DNA from: Felis catus
Lineage: Eukaryota
NCBI RefSeq assembly: GCF_018350175.1
Contig: NC_058368.1
Span: 182,034,001-182,098,000 of the forward strand
Direction: 5' to 3'
Length of the DNA: 64,000 nucleotides
Of the stretch, positions 53,279 through 64,000 are shown in pieces; position 1 is the stretch's first letter; the number at the start of each line of letters is the position of its first letter. The notes beneath the pieces were generated by a model, which was given only the letters and a program-made list of their open reading frames with translations, ran no database searches and was not told where the DNA came from. The position numbers and the translations under genes are program-made.

Positions 53279-53520
53279 TTTTATTTTTTATTTTATTTAA
53301 AAAAATTTTTTTTAATGTTTATTTATTTTTGAGACAGAGACAGACAGAGCATGGACGGGGAAGGGTCAGAGAGAGAGGGAAACACAGAATCCAAAGCAGG
53401 CTCCAGGCTCTGAGCTGTCAGCACAGAGCCCAACACAGGGCTCAAACTCCTAACCCATGAAATCATGACCTGAGACAAAATCACGAGTCAGATGCTTAAC
53501 CGACTAAGCCACCCAGGCGC
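53279..53520 (-). mobile_element. Can-SINE
   Basis: reverse-complement SINEC ending gactaagccacccaggcgc; T-rich tail at 53279-53330. Confidence 0.92.
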
Positions 53521-53908
53521 TTATTTTTAATGATTCTTATTTTTAATAAAACCCTAAGATCATACCATGTTCAAAGTGCCCAAAAAAGTTGGTGCTACTA
53601 TCCATTGTTCCATGATGTGGAAAGTAAGCCCTTCTCAAAAAACCCTATGAGGTAAAACACATCATTTTCTGATACATGCAATGAAAATGGGCACCATGAC
53701 AATGGGTATATTAAATCTTAGAAAAGCACAATTTCTTTCTCTTAAGGTAGAAATAATTTTAAGCAGAATATCTGACATCACTTTCTGAAACTTAGTCAAT
53801 GGTCCTGTGTGTCCCTGGCTGAGCACACCCTTTGGTGGATATAATTGGACCAAGACTGGATTTTGAAATAGGTCCTAGAGGTTGCAAACTTAAAAAGCCT
53901 ATGGGTGT

Positions 53909-54106
53909 GGGGTGCCTGGGGGGCTCAGTCAGTTAAGTGTCTGACTCTTGATTTCAGCTCAGTTTATCATCTCCTGATTCACAAGATTGAGCCCCACATC
54001 AGACTCTGTGCTGACAGCCTGGAGCCTACTTGAGATTCTCTCTCTCACTCTCTCTACCCCTCCTTCCCCCAAAACAAATAAATAAACATTAAAAAAATAA
54101 AATATA
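53909..54106 (+). mobile_element. Can-SINE (first of tandem pair)
   Basis: ggggtgcctgggggg ctcagtcagttaagtgtctgactcttgatttcagctcag..., A tail. Confidence 0.92.
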
Positions 54107-54322
54107 GGGGCATTTGGTGGTTCAGTTGGTTGAGTGTTTGACTTCAGCTCAGGTCATGATCTCACAACTTGTGAGTTCGAGCCCCACATCGGTTTCTTTG
54201 CTGACAGCTCAGAGCCTGGAGCCTGCTTTGCATTCTGTGTCTCCTCTCTCTGCCCCTTGCCCACTCACACTCTGTCTCTCTCTCAAAAATAAACAAACAT
54301 TAATTTTTTTTTAAGAATAAAA
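54107..54322 (+). mobile_element. Can-SINE (second of tandem pair, Fc2-like)
   Basis: ggggcatttggtggttcagttgg...gagttcgagccccac...gacagctcagagcctggagcc. Confidence 0.92.
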
Positions 54323-55899
54323 AAAAAGTCTATGGGTGACAGTTTTACCATGTAAATAAGAAAAATGGGCTGGATTTTGGCTAACCAGACAGTGTATGGC
54401 TCATCTAAGGAGGCAACTCCTACAGGCCTGTATTCCAAGAAATGAATTTTAATGAGAAACTGGATAGCCATGTGTTTATATGAAACCTGCCTGTGTTAAA
54501 AGCTGAAATTAAATTCAAAGTTTTTAAAAATGCTAATGGACCAAACCAAAAGCATTTGTGGGCTGGATTTATCCATGGAGCTGCCAGTTCATTTTTCATA
54601 ACTAGAAATAAAACAGAACATATAGAAAAGAAGAAAGAATAAAAGAACCTGAAAAAGAAGAGAGATAAGACAAAGAAATATATTCCAAGGAGAGTACTAA
54701 ATCAATTATCTTGACATCTTGAAATAAATATCAGTGTGAAAAGTTTTTTTTTTCTGTTCTAATTAAGAAATTCCACTTACGAAAATAAAATTAAGGGGAA
54801 ATTTCAAGAGGCTGTTAGAGAACATTCTCTTATCTTGAACGGCATTTTATTGAAAGCCAATCCAGGATATATAAAACCATTCCTAGGAATGCTGCCTAAG
54901 AACAAATTTAACTGTGCAATATTAACCATATATTAGAAGAGTTAACAAAATTCCTTCCTTCATCTCATCTCTCCATAGTTCTCTCCTTACTTGCCTGAGT
55001 GTCCTCTTCTTTCTGTTTCTAGTGAGTGGGAAAAGTTGTCTCTTAAAAGTTAAGATTACATACAATGAGTTTGCTCATAGAGTTTCTTGAGTTGGTTTCT
55101 AAAACATTAGTATACTGAAGGTAAAATCATGTAAAAAGAAAACAAAATGAACTATTGTGGTCATGCAAACTACTATTATTATACACCAGGCAATCAATCA
55201 GGTTTCAAATCATGTACTCCTTTTTGGTACTAATACTGTAAATTGCTGCTGTATAAAAAAGCACTCTAGCCAATAAATAATTTATTCATATTTTAATGTT
55301 GTTGTCTTTGCAACACATTCATCATAACAGATTTGTTTTTTTTTGCCAATGTGTATTGGAACATTGCCAATAAGAACTGTTCGTAAAAATATGACCTTCC
55401 TCATTTTTTCCCAATGAGATGATGTAAAGAGAGGAACCCAAATAATCTAAACAATGTTTAACACCTTTAGCATCTGTTGGAAAGCAAAAATGAAGACTAA
55501 TGTTCTCCTAGATAGCTCATTCAATGTTTATCTTGATGACTAGAAAACAAGCAGCCCAACAGCCATTGAACTGAATTACAATAAAATATACGTTTTTCAG
55601 AGAGAGGAGCACAAAATCAGTTTTCATTTGGCATGCTAAGTATGCTATATTTGAACAGAATGTTACATATTCATTTCATTCATCATTTAAAGGCAGATAA
55701 TCAGGAAGTCATTACGTGGCCTGCATTGGGCAGCTATTCAATTAGAGAATAATTGAGCACTCTGTAATTCAGCCAAAGCTGACAGGTTGGGAATGCATAA
55801 TATCCATCTGAGGTATTTTGAATGTGGGAAGAAGTAAGGGGTACACGTTTCTCTGGTCAAAACAGGGCCCTGGGATAAAAGACTTAAAATACACACAAA

Positions 55900-55901
55900 C
55901 G

Positions 55902-55937
<36 letters not shown>
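55900..55937. repeat. (CG)5(CA)n alternating purine-pyrimidine tract
   Basis: cgcgcgcgcgc followed directly by (AC)13. Confidence 0.95.
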
Positions 55938-55938
<1 letters not shown>

Positions 55939-56679
55939 GTTGTTAATTTATTCTCTGTTCTGTTTAGATAGTTTTCCAAATCAGCAATATATCAGTTTTG
56001 GTAAGTTATTTAAGAAAGAAATCTCTCTGGTCTCAGAAGACCTGATGTGACATTTTGGGTCACACTTGCCATCTTTCTATGGTATTCCAGACTGACTGCT
56101 GACTGTTCAAAGACTCTTAGACATAAAGGTGGTCAATTAAGGCAAAACAAACATGCAAACAAACAAAAACCACAAGCCCGATTTTATCCAGGATTTTGTG
56201 GGAAGCTGGGATTGGAAGTTAAGTTCAGAAGTGGATGAAGTAGACCAAAAACTAGCTCTGAAGGCAAACTACAGGTATTTTTACAATGGCTGTGGTTACT
56301 GAGGGCAGGACATCATAATAAAAATGCCAGGGCGTTTTCACCCTGGCATTTCTATCATGATAAATAGATACTGTCAGCACACTTACTTCTTTTAAGCACT
56401 GCCAACACATGGCAGACATGGCTTTCCACTAGTCTCCTCACTGTGTCCTGCTTGTCAAGTTCCCCCTCCTACCTTTGGCCTTTCTATCCAAATCCAAAGC
56501 GAAGTCTCAATCAGAAGGAAAGTCTATTGCACTGCAGTAAATAACTTTATTAGACCTGTAAATAAAGTGTATTTGCCTGAACAATTTGTAAATATTTACT
56601 AATACTTGCTATTTTGTTTTGTTATGCAAGTAACTAGTGATTTTAAGAGACAGAGGAGGAGTACTTTATCATTAGTATT

Positions 56680-57147
56680 TGTGTTAGTTTCCTAGTGCTG
56701 TCATATGAAAGTACCACAAATTGGGTGGATTAAAACAACAGAAATTTATTTTCTCTCAGCTTTGGAGGCTAAAATCTGAAATAAAGGTGTTGGCAGGATT
56801 GATTCTTTCTGAGTATTCTGAGGAAGAATCAGTTCCATGCTTCTTTCCCAGCTTTTAGTGAAGAAACATTCCGTGTTGTTCCTTGGCTTATCAATGCATT
56901 ACTACAATCTCTGCCTACATCTTCACATGGTATTTTCCCCCGGTTTTGTGTCTCCTAAAAGGACCTAAGTCATATTGGATTAGGGCCCACCCTATTCCAG
57001 TATGACTGCACCTTAACTTAATAACCTACAGCTGAAACAATCCTATTTCCAATTAAAGTCACGTTCTGAGGCATGGAGGATTAGGGCTTCAACATACCTT
57101 TTTGAGTGAGGTGGGGGGAGGAGAATACAATTCAACAACAGATAACA
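56680..57147 (-). mobile_element. MLT1B/C-like MaLR solo LTR
   Basis: tgtgttagtttcctagtgctg...accacaaattgggtggattaaaacaacagaaatttatt...gtcatattggattagggcccaccct...ataaca. Confidence 0.88.
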
Positions 57148-57529
57148 GCACTATTTAGAGTTGTTGGTGCATAGTAATAATAAAAAGCAGATTGACTTTC
57201 AGTTGGTCTTATTTCTGTTTTTAAATTCTCTATGAAAAATGTACCCCATTATTGTCTGTACCTGCGGAAGATCACTTCTGCCAGATCATGATTCCCCCTG
57301 CCTTGACTTGGTCAAAACAGAGTAAGATACAGGAAATATGAGGATAGGGGGTGTAAAGAAACTAAATTTCTGTGATTATAAGAATAGAATCAGTCAAGAA
57401 AATAAGGATCTCAATTTAGAAAGAAGGGGGCCTCCCTGTTGTCCTTTATTAAAGGACTCCCTGTCCAAGATATTATAAGGCAAATATATATAAGGCAAAT
57501 ATCCACATTCAAATCAATATTAATAGATT

Positions 57530-58180
57530 CTAGTTCAAGATGGCATGTTACAGGATCCTGAACTTACCTTTTCCATGAATACCCTGCATCTATAGCTCCA
57601 TATGAAACAACTGGGGGGGGGGGGGGGAGGGAGGTGGGTGCTGGAAACTGGCTGACTGATTCTAATTAATGGAGAAAGGAGAAAAGACTCACAAGAAAGT
57701 GGGTAGGAGAGGCTGGGACACAAGCCAGCCTGAGGCTATAACCCCCACTCCTGCTGGTGACTGCCCATAGTCATGAGGGCACTCAAAACTTGGAGCTTCT
57801 CCCTTAGAAGCAAAGCATTTGTGCCCCACTTTGGGTCCCTCTGACTTTAAAGACTGTCACCTGAGAGCACCCAAAACATCTAGCTCCTGTCCAGGAGACC
57901 CACAAGGTAATACAGCAATGTGAGACGAGTTCCAGCAGAGGACTCACCTGCCTCAGGGCCCAGCAGAGAAGCAGACGAGGGAGGAGCTCCACAACTTTGA
58001 CTTTGTGCAGAAGCCCATTTGCTTGTTCTGGAGCATCAGGCTGAGGGGAAGGCACCTGGTTTGACACACATGTGCTGCCTGCTGGGATACTCTCAGGGAG
58101 GGAGGCCAGTGTATGCCATCTTTGGGCTCTCCCTCTGTCACAAGAGACATGCGCTCTTGTGAGCTCTCCCTTAAAGGGAG
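57530..58180 (+). mobile_element. Isolated older L1 5'UTR fragment (L1MA9/L1_Carn-like)
   Basis: caagatggc...gatcctgaacttacct...catctatagctccatatgaaacaact...gggtaggagaggctgggacac; GC-rich; no ORF1 follows. Confidence 0.55.
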
Positions 58181-58539
58181 AAATGGGGCAGATTTTGAGG
58201 GAAGTTTGAATTCGCAGCAAAGCATGAAATCACGTGAAGTTGAAGATGGAACAGAAAACAGACACGCTGAGACTACAAGCTGAACAACTACTTGGCCGCT
58301 GTCCCTGTGTCTTCTTTTCCCACTGTTACAGCTTCTATAGCACAGAGTCTATAGCAGTATAACAGGATATTACGGTGGAAGTTCCACCAAGAAGTAAGGA
58401 AAATCAATAGCAAATCCCCAAGTGAGATATTAAACAAAGATATGTATTTTTTTAGAGTAAATTTGTGTGAATATGTGATATCAGCCTGAATTTCCTTATC
58501 TGTATGAAGGATCTGAAGGTGCCAGAGAAGTATGTATGA

Positions 58540-59510
58540 CCTGAGTTATGGTCTGTGATGAGTCCCACTTTGAAATGACTCCCACTTAAAGCTTGGTTGG
58601 GAGATGCTTCAGGTGAGATCACTTCAGGGAGTTTGGGATGTACCTCTATGCTTAGGTTGGGTGAGGGCTGGGGTCAGACTTGCACCTGAGGTCAAGGAAT
58701 GTGATAGCTGCTGCTGAATGATGGGTCAGGGACAGGTGATGGCCTAGGAAAACTTGCCTCTCCAGTCTATTGGAGCAAAGGTTATGCCATTTGTCCTTTA
58801 GATCAAAGGTAACTTAAAACTGAGAGAACCAGCATGGGTATTCTTGAGTCTTGACCAAATACATCTGGAGTAGCACGTGCTGCTCAAATGATAGAAGCTA
58901 TGGGGATCACCCCTGCCCCCTGCCCCAGAGGTTGAGGAAGAAACAAACAAAAAACAAAAAACAAACAACCAAAAAACCCTGGCATTTCCAGCATCAAGAG
59001 ATCTGCAGGTGACAGAAGCCAGTGGTGGGGAAGAGCAGAGTTTATATGAGGAGTCCACAAAAGCATCTCATAAGAGGAAAAGACAATTTTAAAATTTAAA
59101 GGTGAAGCCCCCTCCCAAATTTATTAGTAAAGTAAGAATTGTCTTCTCTGCTAGCTCCCCTCCTATCCCTTTCCATCCCCCACAACATCTCTTACTGAAG
59201 GTGTTTCTACCCATTGAAAACAGCCTGGAGGAGGGGAAAAAGATTTAACTTTAATCAAACGTAGTGATTTTGTTATTATAAGAGGATATACATTCTAATT
59301 TCCGAATGAAAATTGTTTTTGTAACTTTAAGGGACCATAGTTTTGTTTTGTTTTGTCTTTTCATTAACCCAGAATCAGCAGAAAAGTCAAGAGGACTGCT
59401 TAAGCTTTCGTACAGGGGCAGGGAAAGAAGCTGACCCATGGAGCAGATTTAGAAAAAGTGAGGCTGAAAAATAAAGTTACAAATCCTGTTTGTTCAATGA
59501 TGTGGTTACA
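58540..59510 (+). mobile_element. possible ancient (MamGyp-like) LTR
   Basis: AATAAA near 59470 then ...tggttaca terminus; loose resemblance only. Confidence 0.3.
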
Positions 59511-60289
59511 TTTAGATTTACAAATGTATTGTACTTCACCTTTCCTACTTGTTGCCACTGTTCCATGGAAGAGGCCGTGGACTAAAATTTGGTGGAGCTC
59601 CTTTTCATAGACACTTTTGTAAGCAGTGGTTGGTTGGTAATAAGTGAGGCAGGTACAACAGGTGTAATAGATGGGAGAGAGGGCTCATTTCACTGACTTT
59701 TGACTTTCTTTCTACTTAATATCAATAACATTCACTTGGAGGAGTGCTTACAAAGGGCATGATCAGAATTTGAGTAAGATTTGCTGAATATCCGCTTACA
59801 GAGTAAGAAGATTTTAAAATCTGCCTTGATTCTTCTCTTCGTGTTCTAGCCACAAGCCACCATGATCATTAATGCTTTCTTTACAACAGTTCTCCTATTT
59901 TTTATGTGCATAATTTTATGATGGACACCATCTCAAAAAAAAAAAACATTTCAGCAGTTTGACTTCTTGCTTAGTGTTTTTCTGTTTTTGTTTTGCTTAT
60001 GGGTTTTAAAGATGAAGTATGGTTAACACATTATTACATAAAGTACAGATAAATACATTACATTTATCTCTCTTACTTGTTATGTATCAGTTACCTAATT
60101 TAATATTTCTACAAATACATGATGGTTCTGGGGCAAGGACACCTTGAATTTTAGTGCCATAGCAAGTGCCAAAAAAGTAGAACCTGGAGGAATCTAGAAT
60201 ATTTTTTGCCTAATTGGTAGTATAGTAAATCAAATATACCAAAGACCATGAGAAAATTATAGTTCTGAACACTTATTTTGGAAGATGGT

Positions 60290-60795
60290 TGTAATGAGTT
60301 GAATTGTAGTCCTTCCAAAATGATACATCAAAGTCCTAACGCCCATTATCTCCAAATCTGACTTTAGTTGGAAATAGGTTCTTTACAGAAGCAATCAAGT
60401 GAAAATGAGGTCATTAGGTTGGGCCTAATCCAATATGACTAGTGTCTGTATAAAAAGGGGAAATCTGAACACAGAGACAGAAATTTGGACATTCCTTCAT
60501 GAAGGGAAAATACAAAGTGAAGACACATGACACAAGATAGTCCGTGTAATTGAAATGATGTGTCTACAAGCCGAAAAATAGCAAGAATTGCCAGCAAAGA
60601 CCAGAGGCTACAAGAGACAAAGAAGCCTTCTTCCCTATGACTATTGTTAGACAGAATGTCCCTGTTGACACCTTGATTTCAGACTTCTATCTTTCAAACT
60701 CTGAGAGGAGAAATTTCCATTGTTTTAAGCCACCCATTTGTGGTTTTTTTTTTTTTTTTTGTACTTTACTACGGCAGTCCTAGCAAAATAATACA
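60290..60795 (+). mobile_element. MLT1B/C-like MaLR solo LTR
   Basis: TGTAATGAGTTGAATTGT...ttggaaatagg...gacaccttgatttcagacttc...tagcaaaataataCA; 5-bp TSD atggt / atgga. Confidence 0.9.
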
Positions 60796-61869
60796 ATGGA
60801 TAATAATACAACTGAATTGAAGGTGTGGTTCAGAGATGTAATAACTTTGGAAAAAGCATGGCTTTATAAACGTGGGGGAAAGTTTACTTTTTGAGTAGAG
60901 CCAGGAGAAGCACAACATGTATTCAATAAAATAGCCTAAGATTCTCTGCACTACATGGGTTTATGCTCAGTATTATCTGTGGGCTTTAAAGGTCATACCT
61001 ACAAAAGTGGGGTTTGGAGAAGCAAAGTTGAATGGTGAGGGGACATTAAGTTCTTGCGCAGTTCTTGTGAAATATCACCTATTTTTATATTTTATTACTG
61101 CTACCTCTATTTGTACATTTTGCCTCTTCAATTGATTATGGATTTTTGGGGTCAAAGAACAAACATACTCTACACTTTGTAAAATCCTCTAAAAAATAGA
61201 AAATTTCCTTGCACACAGTAATCATGAATTCAGAGTAAAGTAAGGATATCAGAGTGGTTTAATATTAAATTTTTGGCTCACACATGCTTAAATCCTTCTG
61301 TATAGGCAGCTACATACTTTCCATTACAAAAGAGCAACTTGGTACTATTTTTTTTGTAATTCACTGCATTTTAATTAGTTTTGACTAACAGTGCAAAGAG
61401 CTAAAAGAAAACAGGATCCATTTCTTTCGTTCTTTCTTTCTTTCTCTCCTATTTTTTTTTCTCTTTTTTTTTTTTTTTGACAACATGCAGGGGATTTACA
61501 TTGACTAGTCTAAATCTCTCAACATAACACCAGCAGAATTGGGCCCCAAACAATTTATTCATTTGCAGCCATAATAAATGACTCCGGGGATTGAAATGGT
61601 GAAAGAGTCTGTCATTTGAAGATTTGTAGTGATTGGTTACAATAGGAAAACGAATTCCACAAAGCCAACTAGAGTATGTATAATGAATTCATTGCTTCAG
61701 TTACCACAAAAACGAAATAACAAAATGTTTATTTCCCACATATAAAACAAAAATCACTAGTAATATCATGTAGAAAGCAAAACTGTCGGGACAACTGAAT
61801 CCAGTGATAGCTACATCTGTAAAACAATACAAGCTCTTAGGCAGCCAGAAAGAGTCCATACAACTCCTG

Positions 61870-62553
61870 AAGATTCTTTTCAATTCCAGACATCGTCTGT
61901 TGTCCCTCAGCTTCACATGTACCTTTGATGCTATTCTTTCTATCCCCAGGATTGGAAGCCAGAAAACTGTTTTAAGGTCTTCTTGCAATAATTGGGTTTC
62001 CTATTAGATTTTGCCAACAGATTGTGCCATTTGGAGATTAGAAGACTACTGCAAAAGAGAAGGGGTATTATCTTTTTTCCTTCCTTCCTCCCTCCCTCCC
62101 TCCCTCCCTTTCTTCCTTCCTTCCTCCCTCTCTTTCTTCCTTCCTTCCTCCCTCCCTTCCTTCCTTTCTTCCTCCCTCCTTCCCTGCATTCTTTCCTCTT
62201 CCTTCCTTCTTATTTCAGTGCCTCTGGCAGTAAAGCAGAAGCAGTGAGCAAATAAGTGTGACCACAGGCAGCTACATAGATGTCAGGTTCAGCAGCATCA
62301 AGTTGTGTAGGTTCTCTCAGCAGCGATGGCATGGCTCCAAAAGCACCATCAGCAGCATCAGAGCAGTAATTACAGGCAGATAAGGAAAGCTCCTTGAACT
62401 TTAAGTAATATCAACTCCTTTGCTTCGTCAACTCTCCTTTCTTTTCTCTATTGCTTTTCTAGCTCCTCACCTCCAATTCTTTGTATTAAACCTCTCACTT
62501 CTTAAACTGTCTAAAATGGATACTGTTTTCCTTACTGTACACTAATTGATGCA
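61870..62553 (+). mobile_element. LTR33-like ERVL LTR containing a (CCTT/CCCT)n expansion at 62075-62210
   Basis: ggaagccagaaaact...ttagattttgccaa...gcagca-rich middle...ttctttgtattaaacc...tgttttccttactg...tgatgca. Confidence 0.7.
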
Positions 62554-64000
62554 GCATTATACCAGGAATGTTCCCAGAAACAAACACACAAAAATCTGGA
62601 ATTGGTTATGTAATGTGATTGAGCCTAAATGCAGTTATAATCTTATTACTAGCAGAAAATGGGAAATGGGTAATGCATTCCATAAAGGGACAATGCAGTA
62701 ACTAAATTATTCCCTCTCATCTTGTGGAATGATCTGCTTAGTAAAGCTGGGCTTGAAGATGCCGAGTGACTGCTTCATGGTGAGCATGATTACAAGGACT
62801 GAGGGGAAGGGGCTCTGACTATACTGGAGAACTTAAAGAAAGAATATGGTGATCTCCTGGCTGTAAATTCTCAGCTCAAAATATGAACAGTGAAGTTCTG
62901 TGATAACCCTAATAAAGCTCTAATGAGGTCACAGAACTAAGCCATCAAAACTCAACTCCAAAATTTGATCCCAAAAGCTGGAGAATAACAACCTAAGTTG
63001 AATTCACAACTTCTGCAAGTCTCTTATATAAATGCCTGAGCCCTGGTTAACAAGCACTAGAAAACTGAAAATGGCAGTGAAGATCTGTGAGTTAATTCAG
63101 ATATATCTGAAAGCTTTGAAACTCTAAATCCCTCTGAGCATCCTTTTCCAGAAGTAATTCTTCTTGCCCAGCGAAGAGGAAACCAGCCTTTCCTTGCTTG
63201 AAGAACCTATAGTAAACTCAACTGAAGAGTTACTTGATAGAATGATGCCAGTTATTTTCAAGATACACACTCATCCCAACTTATTGCCTTCATGCCCCAA
63301 CCTAGAGTCAGATCTCTGTAGGCCCAGAATTATAAGAGCAAATTTTGGCCTAAGAGATAACTTACATACTGAAGGCATTGTAAGACTTCATTAACTTATA
63401 TTGGTAGAACCTGGGTAACATGTACAGGACAGGATTCTGATTGTTAGGCCAAGGAAGACAGTACACAACAAATTGATTCCATGTGTTAGATTGACATTCC
63501 TCTAATAGGTTGCTTGATTGGTTGACTGAAACGTTGATTCAAGAATGATAAATATTTAATGAGGTTGTAATGAGAGAGTGTCCATGGAATAAATGTTCAA
63601 GAAGAAATCCAAAGATTAGGAGATAGGGATGCTGTAGCGAATTTATCATGTGCTACCCACTTCCTTGTTCACTGCCTTCTATGTTTCCTGGTAGAATCTG
63701 GACAATTCTTCATTCATTGAGAAAGCCTGAATAGGAGGACTACTAGGATCTTTTAAAAGTTTTGTGATGGCTGACCTCTGCAGGTGATTATTATGGGAGG
63801 TGACATCATTGAAGGAACTCCCTGATTTCAGTGGCAATAATGAAGTGGCTGAGGTGTAAAGGAAAAGAGAATATAGTTACAATAATGGACAGCAGGACTG
63901 GAGTGGCTTTTAGACAATTTTTAGAGGGATTTTAGGTGTTAGCTAGCTAATAAATCAAAGTTCCTTTGGAAGGAATTCAATTACAGATTGGAAAATTATG
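62554..64000 (+). mobile_element. ERVL-class internal region (ERV3-16A3/ERVL-E-like), decayed gag; runs off the window
   Basis: PBS-region-like ataccaggaatgttcccagaaac; degenerate gag motifs aattctcagctcaaa (NSQLK), caaaatttgatc (QNLI), aagttgaattcacaa...gtctcttatataaatg (KLNSQ..VSY). Confidence 0.7.

Larger units (their letters stand above)
53877..54590 (-). mobile_element. MER102-like hAT MITE, interrupted by the SINE pair
   Basis: minus strand gaactggcagctccatggataaatccagcccacaaatgcttttggtttggtcc ... ataggctttttaagtttgcaacctc. Confidence 0.6.

Noticed and set aside
61992..62255. P/S/F/L-rich ORFs (also 50428-50701)
   Set aside because: Translations of polypyrimidine simple repeats.
1..64000. 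CRISPR array, operon or other prokaryotic-type system
   Set aside because: No regularly spaced repeats with spacers and no gene-dense ORFs; the sequence is clearly mammalian repeat-rich DNA.

Overview
Mammalian, specifically cat-family (Felidae), genomic DNA: AT-rich, repeat-dense, and apparently intronic or intergenic. No intact host protein-coding gene is recognisable, and there is no prokaryotic system or CRISPR array. The main elements are (1) a full-length, disabled young felid LINE-1 (+, 5799-11774, 14-bp TSD); (2) a 5'-truncated copy of the same L1 type in the opposite orientation (-, 31446-33593, own 19-21-bp TSD); (3) ten Can-SINEs, several with TSDs; (4) older L1M, L2, MIR, MaLR/ERVL LTR and hAT fragments, including a four-level nested stack at 29.6-31.4 kb and an LTR33-like LTR still joined to ERVL gag at the right edge. 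The most interesting signal is that the two inverted L1 copies were inserted independently, yet share an ORF2-inactivating 2-bp deletion, a 6-bp duplication and many A/T->G/C changes. This points to gene conversion between them or to a trans-mobilised defective L1 lineage. Several weaker clues suggest a minus-strand host transcript: a well-formed 70-nt non-coding exon candidate, a 23-bp hairpin fully paired only on the minus strand, and a plus-strand bias of L1/ERV relics. Repeat family names come from remembered consensus sequences, not a search, and boundaries of old repeats are approximate.
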